From IMG/VR virus record IMGVR_UViG_3300047476_000792, positions 1-64,000 of that record: DNA of 64,000 nucleotides; one strand, written 5' to 3'. The position numbers and the translations under genes are program-made. Under the pieces are notes generated by a model, which worked only from the letters and a program-made list of their open reading frames with translations, was not told the origin of the DNA and did not search any database. Of the stretch, positions 27,384 to 37,250 are shown in pieces. Numbering within the stretch: the stretch's first letter is position 1; every line of letters starts with the position of its first letter. The stretch is from a virus.

Positions 27384-27551
27384 ATGCAAGTTAAAGACTA
27401 TTATATAGGGTTTTTTCGATATGATGACTCTAAGATTTGGAATAAAACAAATCTAAATGAAGATGAGAAAGTACTTAGGGAGTATTTAGAAAACCTCACC
27501 TATGTCGATAAACTTTCTATTAATATCCGAAAAATACAGTTACCAGAATAA
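27384..27551 (+). CDS. hypothetical protein, 55 aa, not in ORF track
   Basis: MQVKDYYIGFFRYDD...IQLPE*; directly after a promoter. Confidence 0.6.
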   Translation: MQVKDYYIGFFRYDDSKIWNKTNLNEDEKVLREYLENLTYVDKLSINIRKIQLPE

Positions 27552-27559
27552 TATAATAT

Positions 27560-28201
27560 ATGAAACCACAATTTAACAAAGAATACTGGACTAACCAGTT
27601 AAAAATAGAAGCAGGTGTGTCTCATGTACCTGATGAGGATTTGCATAAACATTTTATTTTGTTTGGGACATTTTCTAATGACGATGGAAATAAAGTATCT
27701 GCAAAAGAATATATTGAGAATCAGCTTAAATATCTTGAAGAACAGTATAATTCTGTAGATGCTAACTTGGAAAGTGATATAGCATCATTAATAGCAGATG
27801 TTCCTGAGAAATTTAAAAGTGAATGGGTAGGAGGAGAATCTACAAGTATAGCAAATACAGAGATTAGGCTGTTACCAACCGTTCAACAAACTATAAACCG
27901 TTCAGATATACACTACTATGACGTTGTTGTGGATGGTAATGCATTTACTGTTGCAATAAACGATCATGGCGATGATTTTAGAATCAAGGACCAGATAAAT
28001 CATGTAAAGCATACAACATTCTTCATTGAAGAACGTAATCCGATGAATATCACAGGTTTTGAGAATATTATTTCTTACTATCAATTTGCGAATATGGTGC
28101 AATCAGTTGTTAAGAAAAACTCAACAGACCTATCTGCATACGAAAAAATATCACAGAATATAGATACCGTTTTTGATGGTATTAAATTGGAAGGATTTTA
28201 A
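27560..28201 (+). CDS. hypothetical protein
   Basis: 213-aa ORF. Confidence 0.7.
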   Translation: MKPQFNKEYWTNQLKIEAGVSHVPDEDLHKHFILFGTFSNDDGNKVSAKEYIENQLKYLEEQYNSVDANLESDIASLIADVPEKFKSEWVGGESTSIANTEIRLLPTVQQTINRSDIHYYDVVVDGNAFTVAINDHGDDFRIKDQINHVKHTTFFIEERNPMNITGFENIISYYQFANMVQSVVKKNSTDLSAYEKISQNIDTVFDGIKLEGF

Positions 28202-28202
28202 T

Positions 28203-28430
28203 ATGATTCAAAGATTTAAAAATAAATTAGCATCTCTCATACTAACATGGGCACTTGATCATAATTTCAGAGTAGATAAATCTGAACCATTATACAAGAC
28301 ACATAACCTATATCAAATAGGTGATGCGAAGTTTGTTGGTCGTTCAGAATACTCTGCAATCGTATTCTCTGTTTTAGAGGGTGATGGAAGCCAACCGAAG
28401 TTTATTGAAGAGGTGGTATTTTATAAATAA
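28203..28430 (+). CDS. hypothetical protein
   Basis: ORF; start moved to ATG 28203. Confidence 0.55.
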   Translation: MIQRFKNKLASLILTWALDHNFRVDKSEPLYKTHNLYQIGDAKFVGRSEYSAIVFSVLEGDGSQPKFIEEVVFYK

Positions 28431-28467
28431 AACTTGAAAAATAGATATATTTTTATAAGTGTGTTGA

Positions 28468-29262
28468 ATGATTAAATCGTTTCAATTCTTATCTGGATTC
28501 GCTACTGGATTCCCTCATCTTAAAGATCGCAAGTTTCAGTTTAATGATAATCTGAATATTTTATTTGGAAATGTCGGTAGTTGTAAATCGACTATATTGA
28601 AAACTATGGCTGCATATTGCGGTATCCAAGTAGGAGGATGGAGTACGATCTCCGATCCTCCAAAACTTGCATACGATAAGCCTGAACACTTCCCATTATG
28701 TTATAGGAATTATTCCCCTGGACAGTGTGATGCCCGCGTTGAGTGGGATGGAACCCCGTCATTTTATAATGATTCAGAGGCAATGGGTAAGAACGATAAT
28801 ACATGGTTTTTTAGCAATGCTAGCCAGTCAGCAGATGGAATCACATCAGAAGCAGAACAGATGGATATTCTTGCATCTAAACCATCATCAGGACAATATA
28901 GAATTCATAAGATAAACAAGATTATGAAGGTGATTCAATATCCTCCTAATCTTGAAGTGATTCCTCCTAATATTCTTGATCCAAGGATGCGCGAATTGGC
29001 AAAGCTGGAAGTGGCTTATATTCAATCTCTTCCTAGAGATGGAAAAATAACATTGTTATTGGACGAACCAGAAAAGGCATTATCTATTCCTAAACAGATA
29101 GAATTGTTCGACGTTTTGGTTAAGTTATCGGAACATTTTCAACTTATAGTTGCCACCCACAGTCCTTTTATATTAGAATATAAAAAGGTTAATATCCTAG
29201 ATGTCAGCCCTGGTTATGTAAAGGACTGCCGAAACTTGATAAAAGGACTTTCTAAAAAGTAA
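28468..29262 (+). CDS. soluble ABC-type ATPase
   Basis: GNVGSCKS, SSGQ signature, LLDEPE, VATHS. Confidence 0.85.
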   Translation: MIKSFQFLSGFATGFPHLKDRKFQFNDNLNILFGNVGSCKSTILKTMAAYCGIQVGGWSTISDPPKLAYDKPEHFPLCYRNYSPGQCDARVEWDGTPSFYNDSEAMGKNDNTWFFSNASQSADGITSEAEQMDILASKPSSGQYRIHKINKIMKVIQYPPNLEVIPPNILDPRMRELAKLEVAYIQSLPRDGKITLLLDEPEKALSIPKQIELFDVLVKLSEHFQLIVATHSPFILEYKKVNILDVSPGYVKDCRNLIKGLSKK

Positions 29263-29271
29263 GTAGGTTCT

Positions 29272-29880
29272 ATGAAAATGGAAACTTTTATCGGAAACGC
29301 AATAAGCAGAATGATTTCCGAAGGAGTATCAGTTGAGTTTACTAAAAGGAAGCGAGTAGGAAAATTCGGTTATAATTTTTTTTATGATGGAACCCATAAA
29401 GATTATGGACCTATTCCGCTTTTCAAGATTCATTTTTATAATGACTCATTAGAGGAGAATTATGGAATATTCGTCCACGAATATTCCCATTTTTTACAAT
29501 GGCAAGAAAAGATTCCTCTATGGAAAATAGCACAGAAATCCAATAAGAGATTTGATGATTGGTTACAACAAAAGACCAATGAAATAGATATAGAGGATAT
29601 TCGAAATATCCAGAGGCTTGAATTAGATTGTGATAAAAGAGCTATTCAATGTATAAAAGACAACAATCTCCTTATTGATATACCGTCATATATAAAGGAA
29701 TCCAATGGATACATTATGTCACATAATATAATGGTTAAATCTAGGACATTCTTCGTATCAGCATCATATAGTGATCCAGAAGTTGTACAATATATTCCTG
29801 AAGAACACTTAACTGAGGATCAATTAGACTACTGCCCTGTAGAGTTTTCGGAGGCATTTCTTAAAAAGTCTCTAGAATAA
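29272..29880 (+). CDS. putative zincin-like metalloprotein
   Basis: VHEYSHF (HExxH) and downstream ELDCD. Confidence 0.6.
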   Translation: MKMETFIGNAISRMISEGVSVEFTKRKRVGKFGYNFFYDGTHKDYGPIPLFKIHFYNDSLEENYGIFVHEYSHFLQWQEKIPLWKIAQKSNKRFDDWLQQKTNEIDIEDIRNIQRLELDCDKRAIQCIKDNNLLIDIPSYIKESNGYIMSHNIMVKSRTFFVSASYSDPEVVQYIPEEHLTEDQLDYCPVEFSEAFLKKSLE

Positions 29881-29881
29881 G

Positions 29882-30361
29882 TTAATAAAGTTTTTTAGAA
29901 AGATTTGAGAACATATCTCCTAAATTATTATCATGAAGAAATTCTTTAAGCTTTCTGGGATCGATAGATTCAGAATAATCGGATAATATTAATTCATCAG
30001 CAATACATCCATCCAAGCCATCTATGGAAGATTTAGAAGGAACCTTAATATTATTTTTTATAAAAAACAATTTACCCGTGAGTTTCTTTAGCTTCTGGCA
30101 TATTTTATTAATATGCTTATCCAATTTATCCCGGTCATAATATTTTAACAATTCATGAGAATCGGATAAAACATGGGAGTGGTAGAATCGAACAGAAGAA
30201 TCTTTTATACGGTTATTAAATTCGTGTATAAAAAAATACATGATTATTTTTTTAACATCAGGAGTGAATTTATTCAATAAATGGTAATCATAGAGAAGAT
30301 TTACCACATCTGTTTCTATATTAAAGAGAACTTCATCAATAGATATTAAGGTATATGTCAT
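29882..30361 (-). CDS. hypothetical protein
   Basis: 159-aa ORF. Confidence 0.6.
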   Translation of the reverse strand: MTYTLISIDEVLFNIETDVVNLLYDYHLLNKFTPDVKKIIMYFFIHEFNNRIKDSSVRFYHSHVLSDSHELLKYYDRDKLDKHINKICQKLKKLTGKLFFIKNNIKVPSKSSIDGLDGCIADELILSDYSESIDPRKLKEFLHDNNLGDMFSNLSKKLY

Positions 30362-30372
30362 ACCCTAATATA

Positions 30373-31116
30373 CTACTCACCACAGTTGAATTCATACTTA
30401 AAAATCTCTTCTTTGTCCGCACCTAAACCTTGTAACATTCGCTCTTTCCATTTTTCGTCACGATCAGGAACTTGATTCCAAAAGAATTTTTCAACAGTAT
30501 AATTGTAATGGTATTTACCTTCTACGGAATTTTCATACAACCGTAAAATTCCGTAATCATTATCATCCATTTTAGGATTTGGACAACTTGCTATTACAAT
30601 AGAGGAATTAGAAGCCTTAGAAGAAATGAGAGGCATTATTGCGCTTAAAACATCTTTATGTGATATATATGATGCATAGTCATAATCCATTAGATATATG
30701 CGATTCAGCGAACGACCACATACTCCGCGTGTATAATATTCGAAAAATATTATCTCTGAACCATTTAAAAATGCTATTCTATTTTTAGTTTTATGGCATA
30801 AAATTTCTTTTAAGTTTGCAATGTCTATGATTCTTTCTATATTATAATCTGATATTGCTTCTTTAGTGGACACTATACATATACTACAGCCAGAAAAATT
30901 AAGTGCATGATAAATCGCATCAATCAATATCATGGTGGTTGTTCCGACTTGTCTGCTTGCTACCAGTATATTTATTTTATTAGAATTCCAACTAGTTAGT
31001 ATCTCTTTTTGACGTGTGTATAGTTTTATAGGTGCCGATTCTTCATAAAAAGTAGAAACCCTTATATTTTCTTCTGCCCAACGAATTACATCATGATATA
31101 CTATTTCTTCTGACAT
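30373..31116 (-). CDS. truncated, degenerate terminase large subunit (gp17) ATPase-domain paralog
   Basis: LYTRQKEI, ASRQVGTTT, FLNGSEI, GRSLN, WNQVPDRDEKW, FKYEFNC; no nuclease domain. Confidence 0.75.
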   Translation of the reverse strand: MSEEIVYHDVIRWAEENIRVSTFYEESAPIKLYTRQKEILTSWNSNKINILVASRQVGTTTMILIDAIYHALNFSGCSICIVSTKEAISDYNIERIIDIANLKEILCHKTKNRIAFLNGSEIIFFEYYTRGVCGRSLNRIYLMDYDYASYISHKDVLSAIMPLISSKASNSSIVIASCPNPKMDDNDYGILRLYENSVEGKYHYNYTVEKFFWNQVPDRDEKWKERMLQGLGADKEEIFKYEFNCGE

Positions 31117-31124
31117 ATGGGTAT

Positions 31125-31592
31125 TTATTTTATATCTTTGAAGATCTCTTGGGATATTTTCTTATATTTTTCCCGCAAATCCTTTGGACAATTACCAATA
31201 CGGAAGTGGATTATACCATTAAAGAAACTATCATCGAATAAGACTCCGTGGCGCATTTGTTCCAAGGTTTCCATATACGACATCGTCCATTTAGTTTCAC
31301 AACAATGTAAAATTGTACGTTTAAATATGTCTGGACCGTATTTTTTAAGAATCTCTTTCAAATCGTTTGAACTACCATAGTATTTTTTCCAATCAGATTC
31401 TTTCATTACTCGACGACTACGAGTTTTACCTTTAAGGGGTTTTAACTTAGTATTACTCCAGAATATTTTCTTTCCTAAGTATTTTGTCGGTTTATCTTTA
31501 GGATAATCCTCGGGAATATTTACTATCTCTATAAGATATACAAATCCTAAATAATCATCTATATTTTCTGGAATATTTTCCCATTCGTTCAT
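31125..31592 (-). CDS. GIY-YIG family nuclease
   Basis: GFVYLI..KYLGKK, ESDWKKYYGSS, FKRTIL. Confidence 0.75.
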   Translation of the reverse strand: MNEWENIPENIDDYLGFVYLIEIVNIPEDYPKDKPTKYLGKKIFWSNTKLKPLKGKTRSRRVMKESDWKKYYGSSNDLKEILKKYGPDIFKRTILHCCETKWTMSYMETLEQMRHGVLFDDSFFNGIIHFRIGNCPKDLREKYKKISQEIFKDIK

Positions 31593-31601
31593 AAACTTTA
31601 T

Positions 31602-32222
31602 TTATGAACGTTTTTTGCGTTTTCTACGTCTTTTTCCTATAATATAAGGAACCCGTGCATCGGATGTATCATAGAGACCGTCATTTCCCAGAACAGATGC
31701 AACAGATATATCTTCTTTTATGTTCTTCTTTTTCTTAGGTTTCCTCTGAGGTTTAGCTGGATTGTCGAATTCCGCACCTATTGCGGCAAATAGTTGATCA
31801 TAATTGGCATCCCGTGAAAACTTCTCAGGAACTACAGAAATGTCATATAACATTTCTAAATCCCCCAATGCATTTTTCTGTTTATCGGTTAAACTTTGTG
31901 ATGCAGTATATTTTAGTTGTGGTGTATATTGTGTCACATCTTTATTAATCTTAATCCAACCCCTATTAAGGAGATAACCAATCGCTAGAATCATTTCAGA
32001 AGAATGATCTGTCTTGTCTGATATATTCTTTTCATAGAAATCTGTAGTATAATTAACTATGCTTTTTATTATTCTTATTGCATCAGAGCCGTGCTGTTGC
32101 CAGCGAACAGGCCGAACAATGCCAGAAGGACTTACCCAAAATCCATAAGGGCATTCATCAGGAAGTTCAGCAAACGACTCTGCAAGTATTTTTCTTATGA
32201 ATCTATCGAAATTTTCTGTCAT
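31602..32222 (-). CDS. hypothetical protein, candidate internal head protein
   Basis: Start moved to ATG 32222 (7 nt after TAAATA); N-term MTENFDRFIRKILAE-S; basic C-terminal tail. Confidence 0.65.
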   Translation of the reverse strand: MTENFDRFIRKILAESFAELPDECPYGFWVSPSGIVRPVRWQQHGSDAIRIIKSIVNYTTDFYEKNISDKTDHSSEMILAIGYLLNRGWIKINKDVTQYTPQLKYTASQSLTDKQKNALGDLEMLYDISVVPEKFSRDANYDQLFAAIGAEFDNPAKPQRKPKKKKNIKEDISVASVLGNDGLYDTSDARVPYIIGKRRRKRKKRS

Positions 32223-32236
32223 ACTATAATATTTAC

Positions 32237-32265
32237 TTGAAATCATATATAACATATGATATTTT
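32237..32265 (+). promoter_or_regulatory. sigma70-type promoter
   Basis: TTGAAA-17 nt-TATTTT, 6 nt before ATG 32272. Confidence 0.5.
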
Positions 32266-32271
32266 TGATAA

Positions 32272-32673
32272 ATGAAAAGTGCAGCAGAAATTCAAGAAGA
32301 ATTTGTAAAAGAATTGGAGATGGATACACAGATGGACTCTACCAATGTGATGGATAAAATGCTATCATCTGCGAATATTAAACAAAAATGGCTTATACGA
32401 AAAATACGAGCACAGAGAAGATTATATGATTTGGTAGCGGTAAAGGACGGATTTGTAAATGATAAACTTAATAATGACAATCCTTTGAAATTGTCAAAGG
32501 CGGTTATGGCAGCAAAAGCAGGAAGCGATCCTACTTATAGAGAGTTACAAAAGGAGATCCAAGATCAAGAACTTCTTGTAGAATATTTAGATGGAACAGT
32601 TAATAAAGTCTTAACTCAGATGAGTTATGAATTTAGAGCGATTGTTGATTTGATGAAGTTGGAACAACTGTAA
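32272..32673 (+). CDS. uvsY: recombination mediator UvsY-like
   Basis: Size, helical character, C-term MSYEFRAIVDLMKLE, position just upstream of uvsW. Confidence 0.7.
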   Translation: MKSAAEIQEEFVKELEMDTQMDSTNVMDKMLSSANIKQKWLIRKIRAQRRLYDLVAVKDGFVNDKLNNDNPLKLSKAVMAAKAGSDPTYRELQKEIQDQELLVEYLDGTVNKVLTQMSYEFRAIVDLMKLEQL

Positions 32674-32674
32674 T

Positions 32675-33247
32675 ATGAGTGGTAGATGTCGGCCTAATAT
32701 AATTTCTCCATCTCCACCGAAAAGGAGATATAGCAACACCAATGATTCGTATTATATAGATGTTGTCAGGAATATGTATAATCACCCACCATCACTAAGT
32801 GCTTGTTATAATACTGAAAATTTGATAGTATCTGGTATATGCGGAGTAGATCAGCTTCTTAATCACTACGAATCTTCTAGTAATTCATCTAATAGATTTA
32901 ATATTTATTACCGTAAATGTGAATATTGTTCCACGATAAACAATATTTCCTATGAAATCGATAATTGTGAATCGTGTGGAGCACAGTTTGGATTGCTCGA
33001 TTTTCTTGATAATGCACGAATAGCGGAATTGTTACAACCTCACTACACCTCACAAGATACTTCATCATATAAAAGACTTGCACTTGAAATAATAGAAAAT
33101 GCATTCAAGAAGCATATTGATTTTCATAAGAATGTTGATGATATTGTTAATTGTTTAATTGGTCTGCCTGAAGAGAAGATTGCTTCTCTTATAGGATATT
33201 TAATAGGTTTTATTAAGCCTGATAAGATGTTCAAAACTAATGAGTGA
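32675..33247 (+). CDS. hypothetical zinc-ribbon protein
   Basis: CEYC...CESCGA. Confidence 0.6.
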   Translation: MSGRCRPNIISPSPPKRRYSNTNDSYYIDVVRNMYNHPPSLSACYNTENLIVSGICGVDQLLNHYESSSNSSNRFNIYYRKCEYCSTINNISYEIDNCESCGAQFGLLDFLDNARIAELLQPHYTSQDTSSYKRLALEIIENAFKKHIDFHKNVDDIVNCLIGLPEEKIASLIGYLIGFIKPDKMFKTNE

Positions 33248-34671
33248 CTGAAAAGATAAAGGTTGATGTAAAAAATAAGAATAGCACATTACAGTGCTCT
33301 CCAACTATTTTAAAACTTATTAGAGAAAAATTCTCTATAAAAAACCCTAACTATCAATCGCGCAAGTTTGCCGATAGAATATATGCAATAACCCCTTCTG
33401 GCGCATTCCAGACGGGGATTTGGTATGAAATTGAAGGATTTATTCGTGGTTTAAAAATCCCTGTCGAAGTTGAGATATCCGATGAATTCAGGAAACAGTT
33501 TACACCTTCTACTGGCATAACCGAAATATCAAAAATTCCAGGGTTTACTTATTATGATTACCAAGAAGATACTTTAAAAGAGTTTTTAACCACTGGAAGG
33601 GGTATATCTATACTCGCTACAGGGGCAGGAAAATCGGTTTTAATTGGAGGACTGTGTAAAACTTTCCTAGATCATCGACCTGATTATAAAATATTAATCA
33701 GTGTCCCTAATACGTATCTATTAAATCAGTTATATGATTCGTTCATATATGAATTCGGAATTGCCTCTGTTACTAAATGGGGTGATAAAAATGTTCCAGA
33801 TCTTTCCAAGAATATCATCATTGCCAATAATCAGATACTGGTATCTGATATAAAGGCAACACTTTCAATTGTTCAAGATTTTGATGTGGTGGTGGTGGAT
33901 GAGGTTCATCGTATAGGCGATAAAAAAACTCAAATAGGAAAAGTCATACATAATATTCAGACACCGCATAAGTTTGGATTAACGGGAACGCTTCCAGATG
34001 ACATCATGACGATATGGAATGTTCTAGGAAAGATCGGACCTATAGTATATGAGAAAAATTCTTATGATATTCGTAAGAAGGGAGCAATCACTGATATCGA
34101 GGTAAATGTCATCATCTGTAATCACCAAACAAAACCGGTGTTTTCACGAATAACTAACGAACCAACGGAGAAATATAATCAGGAATTAGATTATATTATG
34201 AATCTTTCTTCGCGAAATGAAGTTGTTAAAAAAATAGTTCATAGCCTCTCGGGTAATATACTCGTAATGGTTGATCGTATTGATTACGGCAATACCTTGC
34301 TAGATATTCTTAAAAAAGAAGGAAAGAAAGTGTTCTTCATACAAGGTGACACTCCTATAGAAGAGCGTAATAGAATAACAAATCTCATGGAAAATGAGAC
34401 TGGTATTATCTGTATCGCAATGAGTACCATATTCTCCACAGGTGTATCGGTCAAGAATCTACATTATGCCGTGTTTACATATATAGGAAAATCTACAGTG
34501 AAAATAGTACAATCAATCGGACGAACAGTTCGAAAACACGAAACAAAAAATAAGGCTATTATCTTCGATATAGCCGATAATTTACCATATTCCTTCAAAC
34601 ATCTTAAAGAGAGATTAGGAATATATAAAGATCAAAGAATAGAATATAAAACAACAACAATAAAAATATGA
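33244..34671 (+). CDS. uvsW: UvsW-like SF2 helicase
   Basis: DYQ, ATGAGKS, VDEVH, GLTGT, FSTGVS, QSIGR. Confidence 0.92.
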   Translation: MTEKIKVDVKNKNSTLQCSPTILKLIREKFSIKNPNYQSRKFADRIYAITPSGAFQTGIWYEIEGFIRGLKIPVEVEISDEFRKQFTPSTGITEISKIPGFTYYDYQEDTLKEFLTTGRGISILATGAGKSVLIGGLCKTFLDHRPDYKILISVPNTYLLNQLYDSFIYEFGIASVTKWGDKNVPDLSKNIIIANNQILVSDIKATLSIVQDFDVVVVDEVHRIGDKKTQIGKVIHNIQTPHKFGLTGTLPDDIMTIWNVLGKIGPIVYEKNSYDIRKKGAITDIEVNVIICNHQTKPVFSRITNEPTEKYNQELDYIMNLSSRNEVVKKIVHSLSGNILVMVDRIDYGNTLLDILKKEGKKVFFIQGDTPIEERNRITNLMENETGIICIAMSTIFSTGVSVKNLHYAVFTYIGKSTVKIVQSIGRTVRKHETKNKAIIFDIADNLPYSFKHLKERLGIYKDQRIEYKTTTIKI

Positions 34672-35240
34672 ACAACAATAATTCAACAGAATGTTTCTAT
34701 ATTACAGGAATGTGCCCAGTATCATCGCTAAATTATTCGGATGATAATTGGACGATCACGACATCTGGTAAAAAATATGAATATGATAATCCTATTTCAG
34801 AAGAACCCCCTGAAAAAGAGTTAAGTAAAAGTAAACTTCCACAATCCTTTGATGCACGGGATTGGGTTAATGAATGGCGAGAAACATTAAAAACTGCTCC
34901 TACAATATCCTGGGATAATGATACTATGTTGACATGGTTTAGTAATGCATTAATGGCTGGATTTGATGAAGCTCATAGACGAGAACAAGGCAAAGAAAAA
35001 TATGTTTATATTCTGCGGTCATCACAACATTCTGGAGTTATTGCGACATATTCTGAACTACCTTCGAAAGAGGTGTGTGATAGAGATTATTCTTTATACC
35101 TGGGAAAAGATTTGTCATGTATCGGAGGCTCAGATATACCAATCGCAGGTCAAGGATCAGATTGGAACTGTGTTTTAGAAAAATGGAAATTGGATTCTAC
35201 AAATAGAATACATGAAAATGTGAAGATTGAGTACAAATAA
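34668..35240 (+). CDS. hypothetical protein
   Basis: 190-aa ORF. Confidence 0.65.
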   Translation: MNNNNSTECFYITGMCPVSSLNYSDDNWTITTSGKKYEYDNPISEEPPEKELSKSKLPQSFDARDWVNEWRETLKTAPTISWDNDTMLTWFSNALMAGFDEAHRREQGKEKYVYILRSSQHSGVIATYSELPSKEVCDRDYSLYLGKDLSCIGGSDIPIAGQGSDWNCVLEKWKLDSTNRIHENVKIEYK

Positions 35241-35243
35241 TTT

Positions 35244-35978
35244 ATGTGGGACGAAATTGAAGAAGATGGAATAATATTAGATGAGCGTGAGGAACTTGAA
35301 ATAGTTCTTGATGATATTCCTAAAAAACGTACTCGCCGTAAGAAGAATGAAGGTTCTCCTAACGAAGATTATGTTAATAAAGATGAGATGTGGCAGGAGT
35401 TGTACAATTATTACAAATCTTTAGGATCTTCGTATGATTGGGATCTACAAAAGATTAATGATAGACATAGCTTTCCTAAAATATCAGATAGATTAACTAC
35501 TATTATAAATGATATTGCAACAAAAATGGGATATCGTGCTAATTTTTGTAGGTATTCTTGGTTGGATGAGATGATTGGCGATGCGATATTAAAAATGATC
35601 AAAGCTGTTCGAGATTGCTCATTTAAATGTTATACTACAGCAGAAGTTATTGCAGTTGATAATTTCAACAACACTGTGACCTTTTATGATAAAAAGGGAC
35701 AAGTTCAGAATAAACCATTCGAAGATACTGATACTTATTTCAAGGGAGATGATCATAAGGATTATATAAAGTTCAAAGCCAATCCTTTTGGATATTTTTC
35801 ACGAATAACGAGTCATTCTTATCTTAATCGAATAAAGAAAGAGAAGGATGCAGAGAAGACCAAGCGGGCGTTTCAAGAAGAAACGTGGGAACGTCTATAT
35901 TCTAATGAGAATTTTAGAAATGTCCGTAGGCAGAAAATCATTGATTCTGATGAGAATGAGGCTATATTTGATGAATGA
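35244..35978 (+). CDS. gp55: late-transcription sigma factor, T4 gp55-like
   Basis: DYVNK, NFCRYSWLDEMIGDA, NPFGYFSRI, RIKKEK; upstream of gp47. Confidence 0.88.
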   Translation: MWDEIEEDGIILDEREELEIVLDDIPKKRTRRKKNEGSPNEDYVNKDEMWQELYNYYKSLGSSYDWDLQKINDRHSFPKISDRLTTIINDIATKMGYRANFCRYSWLDEMIGDAILKMIKAVRDCSFKCYTTAEVIAVDNFNNTVTFYDKKGQVQNKPFEDTDTYFKGDDHKDYIKFKANPFGYFSRITSHSYLNRIKKEKDAEKTKRAFQEETWERLYSNENFRNVRRQKIIDSDENEAIFDE

Positions 35979-36262
35979 GAAAATGGTTAGCAGATGAGAT
36001 ATTCTCTTGGTATTATGGCGATACAAAGCTATGCGAGGAAAGACTGAACGTCTTTACCAGACATCTTCCTTCGTGGTATTTAAGATTCTTAGTGTGGAGT
36101 TTACGAGATATTAGGTTTGATCCTAATTACGGATTTTTATATTATTGGTCCAAGAATGTCAAACAAACGTATCCTGAATTGCTCCCTCATGAAATTGTTG
36201 GGGTTGAACCGCTGAGTGGCCCAGTAGGTATTGTATTTGCCCTTAAATATTATTATGAATAA
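35975..36262 (+). CDS. small protein ending in a major-capsid (gp23) Gol-region-like peptide
   Basis: C-term YPELLPHEIVGVEPLSGPVGIVFALKY resembles the gp23 segment PNLIAFDICGVQPMNSPTGQVFALR (recalled). Confidence 0.65.
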   Translation: MRKWLADEIFSWYYGDTKLCEERLNVFTRHLPSWYLRFLVWSLRDIRFDPNYGFLYYWSKNVKQTYPELLPHEIVGVEPLSGPVGIVFALKYYYE

Positions 36263-37250
36263 GAAAGTTATGGTCCTTGGCGACCTACACTTAGGCGTTT
36301 CTAAATCTGATGCAAAGTTTTTTGATACTGCATTGAAATATGCAGAATGGGTTAAAAAACTTTGCAATGAACAAGGTATCACTCAAATAATTCATTTAGG
36401 TGATATTTTTCATCATCAGTATGTTCTTTGTGTCGGAACATTAAATGCTGCATATAAATTCTTTGATATTCTTAAAGAATTTGATATTCATATAGTCCTA
36501 GGGAATCACGATGTTCCAACTAAGCACTCTGTGGAAAACCATTCTCTTAAACTTTTATCAGAGTGGCCTAATATAACAGTTCATGATAAAGTTACGACTA
36601 TTGATGATATAACTTTTTGTGGATGGGGGACGAAGCTTGAAGATATTCCTGAGAAGCAAAAGATTATATTTGGACACTTTGATATTAAAGGGTTTGATAT
36701 GAGCGCAAGTAAAGTAGCAGAACATGGATTTACTGCGAGTGAACTGATGGAACGTTGTGAAATGTTGATGTCGGGGCATTATCACAAACCCCAGAGAAGA
36801 TTTTATAAAAATAAATTGCTCACTTATGCAGGTTCTTGTTACCAATTGAATTGGGGAGAATCTGGTGAAGAAAAATATGCCTATGTTTTAGACACCGAAA
36901 CTCTTTCATATGAGGCGATTCCCAATAATATATCCCCAAGATTTGAATATATTAGAAGCGAAAAAGACTACCATAAAATAGCAAATAATTTTGTTGCTAT
37001 CGAAGTTTCTATGGAGGAACATGCAGAAAAGGTGATGCAGATGTTAGCCAATAATGCATTAGATGTCAAGACTATCAATAGAACGACTAAAGTAATAGAA
37101 GTGGGTGATTTGAAAAGTGTCGAAGAATTTAAAGGAGTTAGCATATCAGATATCATACAAGAATATACTGAGTTAATTGAAGATGTTACGGAAGAAGAGA
37201 AAATTTACCTTGCAAAGAAAGCCAATCAACTCTATAATGAGTGTATATGA
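36255..37250 (+). CDS. gp47: recombination nuclease subunit, gp47/Mre11-like
   Basis: GDLHLG, LGDIF, GNHD, GHF, SGHYH, GSCYQLNWGE; start moved to 36255. Confidence 0.92.
   Translation: MNKKVMVLGDLHLGVSKSDAKFFDTALKYAEWVKKLCNEQGITQIIHLGDIFHHQYVLCVGTLNAAYKFFDILKEFDIHIVLGNHDVPTKHSVENHSLKLLSEWPNITVHDKVTTIDDITFCGWGTKLEDIPEKQKIIFGHFDIKGFDMSASKVAEHGFTASELMERCEMLMSGHYHKPQRRFYKNKLLTYAGSCYQLNWGESGEEKYAYVLDTETLSYEAIPNNISPRFEYIRSEKDYHKIANNFVAIEVSMEEHAEKVMQMLANNALDVKTINRTTKVIEVGDLKSVEEFKGVSISDIIQEYTELIEDVTEEEKIYLAKKANQLYNECI

Noticed and set aside
28422-28429. Perfect TATAAATA on the + strand
   Set aside because: Formed by the last codons and stop of the upstream gene, and far from the next ATG compared with the other late motifs; probably chance
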